A stretch of 64,000 bases of DNA from Deltaproteobacteria bacterium. GTDB lineage: Bacteria; Myxococcota_A; UBA9160; SMWR01. The notes under the pieces are model-generated. The model made no database searches. It was given only the letters and a program-made list of their open reading frames with translations, and was not told the origin of the DNA. Each line of letters starts with the position of its first letter. The first letter of the stretch is position 1. Location: the NCBI GenBank assembly GCA_032128375.1, contig JAQBGU010000135.1:7213-71212 (forward strand). Reading direction: 5' to 3'. Position numbers and translations under genes: made by a program. Positions 62,498-64,000 of this stretch are shown here, piece by piece.

Positions 62498-62583
62498 ACT
62501 AGACAGTTGAACTCGACAGTTGAACTCGACAGTTGAACTAGACAGTTGGACTAGGCAGTTGAACCCGACCGGTGAATTCGACA
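62480..62583. repeat. tandem repeat, 13-bp unit GTTGAACT(A/C)GACA x8
   Basis: Read directly, with units at 62480, 62493, 62506, 62519, 62532, 62545, 62558 and 62571; the last three are degenerate. The first 1.4 units encode the C-terminal ELDS-stop of the synthetase. Confidence 0.95.
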
Positions 62584-62623
62584 GATGAAAAGGTTTGGCC
62601 AAGCGCGATTCGTCGCACGGCTC

Positions 62624-63193
62624 TCAGCCCGCTCTCAAGGCCGCGCGACTTTTCCGCGCGAGCCGCAACAGGCTCGCTTCGGTGATCCAGCGTTCGAGGC
62701 GATCGAGTTCGAACCACGCGAGATCGTGTGATTCGTCGCTGACGGCGATGTGCTGGTCCGGCCCCGCGATCAGCAGGAAGCGCAGATCATGGTGATCGTG
62801 TGCTGGATCGTTGCCAATGGCCGGAATGCGGTGAACGTCGACGTCGATGAGTGACGGGTCTTGTGTGGCCGGGACGAAATCGAATTGTCGCATGCCCGAC
62901 TCTTCGCGTGCTTCGCGCAGCGCGACGGCGCAAATATCCGGGTTGCCGTCTGCGTGGCCTCCGAGCTGAAGCCAGCGGTTGAGCTTCTTGTGGTGCGTGA
63001 GCAGGTAACGCTGCCGGTCCGCCGATGCGATCCAGACCGACGCGGTGATGTGCCCGGGCAGGCAGCGGCGCTCGAAGCAGTCCGGGTTCGTGGTGACCAG
63101 CGAGATGATTCGCGAGACACAGTCGCTTTCATCGGGGTGGGCGGCCTCGTAGCGTCGCAGCAACGCAAGGAGCGGTTCGCGGTGCATGATCAA
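62624..63193 (-). CDS. NUDIX hydrolase
   Basis: Nudix box GGHADGNPDICAVALREAREESGM (GX5EX7REUXEEXGU pattern). Confidence 0.88.
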   Translation of the reverse strand: MIMHREPLLALLRRYEAAHPDESDCVSRIISLVTTNPDCFERRCLPGHITASVWIASADRQRYLLTHHKKLNRWLQLGGHADGNPDICAVALREAREESGMRQFDFVPATQDPSLIDVDVHRIPAIGNDPAHDHHDLRFLLIAGPDQHIAVSDESHDLAWFELDRLERWITEASLLRLARKSRAALRAG

Positions 63194-63391
63194 ATCTCCG
63201 ATTCAGCGGCGCGTGGCGACCCGGAAGACGCGAACCGGCCGAATTTCGAATACGCGTTTCAATTCGGGATGCCGCGACAACCGGCGTGAGGCTCGCGTCC
63301 GCGCGACCCGGTAGAATTCGCGCGCTGAGATGTCGCCACGCAGGCTTGCGAGCGCTTCGCCGTGGTGTCGCGACTTCAGTTCGACGTCACT

Positions 63392-63820
63392 TCAGCTGGA
63401 GATGTAGCGCTCGAGCTGCTCGATCGTGAACTGCTGGTCCTCGATGATGGCCTTCACCACGTCACCAATCGAAATCACTCCCGAGAGTCGCGTTTTGTCC
63501 CGTACGACGAGGTGGCGGATACGCCTTTCGGTCATGACTGACATGCACATGTCGACGCTCGTGTCACTCGTCACGCAGACGACGTCTCGGGTCATGATGT
63601 CACGAACCTGCGTGTCCTTCGAATGGCGGCCCTTCAAGATGACCTTTCTCGCGTAGTCTCGTTCCGAGACGATTCCAGCCAGTTCCCCATCATCGACGAC
63701 CACCATGGCACCGATCTCGTCGTGCGCCATCCGCTGTAATGTTTCGAAAACGGTAGCGTCCGAGTTGATCGTGTGGAGCCGATAGCCCTTGACATCGAGG
63801 ATTTGTCCGACGGTCTTCAT
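63392..63820 (-). CDS. CBS domain pair protein
   Basis: Start at MKTVGQILDVKG (ATG 63820). Two CBS motifs are present: VVVDDGELAGIVSERDYARKV and LVVRDKTRLSGVISIGDVVKAI. Confidence 0.88.
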   Translation of the reverse strand: MKTVGQILDVKGYRLHTINSDATVFETLQRMAHDEIGAMVVVDDGELAGIVSERDYARKVILKGRHSKDTQVRDIMTRDVVCVTSDTSVDMCMSVMTERRIRHLVVRDKTRLSGVISIGDVVKAIIEDQQFTIEQLERYISS

Positions 63821-64000
63821 GGATTCATCGTACACCCGTCGGTTCGTCAGAGAACGCACTTTTTCGTGTCTTGGTGGTGATTTCTGCTGTGGGGGTCTCG
63901 CCTCCAGCGTGAAATGCGGAGACGTTCCGCGGTGATGCACGATCGTTGCCGCCGGGTTGCCGTCAGCCGATTCGCTCGAGGGCGATCGGCAGTCCGTCGC

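Noticed and set aside
63200-63394. The TGA stop of the CBS gene (63394..63392) is followed by about 59 further in-frame sense codons (…SDVELKSRHHGEALASLRGDISAREFYRVARTRASRRLSRHPELKRVFEIRPVRVFRVATRR-stop), ending 14 nt before the NUDIX start. This is a possible Sec/read-through extension or a small gene.
   Set aside because: There is no ATG or GTG start in that frame and no SECIS-like hairpin after the TGA. The composition is Arg-rich and non-protein-like, and CBS-pair proteins normally end where this one does.

Overview
GC-rich bacterial chromosomal window. I called about 57 protein genes, densely packed on both strands. I saw no rRNA, tRNA, CRISPR array, transposase, integrase or prophage signature. 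Many long ORFs in the track are antisense or out-of-frame shadows of real genes, which is typical of high-GC DNA. Many tracked starts are N-terminally over-extended, so I re-set starts where a signal peptide, RBS or family N-terminus made this clear.

Gene content:
- Lipid and acyl-CoA metabolism: a TetR regulator with two acyl-CoA dehydrogenases, two acyl-CoA synthetases, a desaturase, a P450 and amidohydrolases.
- Housekeeping: scpA-scpB-rluB, a cold-shock protein, miaE, an SRAP peptidase and a HelD-like helicase.
- Many lipoproteins.
- An unusually high density of envelope glycosylation machinery. Four GT-C-type membrane proteins are present: GT39/83-like, YfhO-like, TPR/PMT-like and STT3/AglB-like. 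With them are a GtrB/ArnC-type polyprenyl-phosphate glycosyltransferase, methyltransferases, a Thr-type sulfatase-fold protein and a DUF368 polyprenyl-phosphate transporter.

Most notable signals, both absent from the ORF track:
1. A glutathione peroxidase gene at the left edge (minus strand) has an in-frame TGA exactly at the catalytic Cys/Sec position. A hairpin follows whose apical sequence matches the E. coli fdhF SECIS core. This is a probable selenoprotein.
2. A GEMM-I (c-di-GMP-I) riboswitch-like element lies directly upstream of a lytic transglycosylase lipoprotein gene.

Other signals:
- A scatter of unrelated short-period tandem arrays (13, 13, 13, 14, 12, 9, 8/7 and 68-69 bp), almost all in intergenic or start/stop-proximal positions.
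- A translationally coupled pair of ferritin-like proteins next to an MBL-fold hydrolase.

I did not find a clear-cut novel defence-type system. The candidates for undescribed biology are listed as hypotheses.
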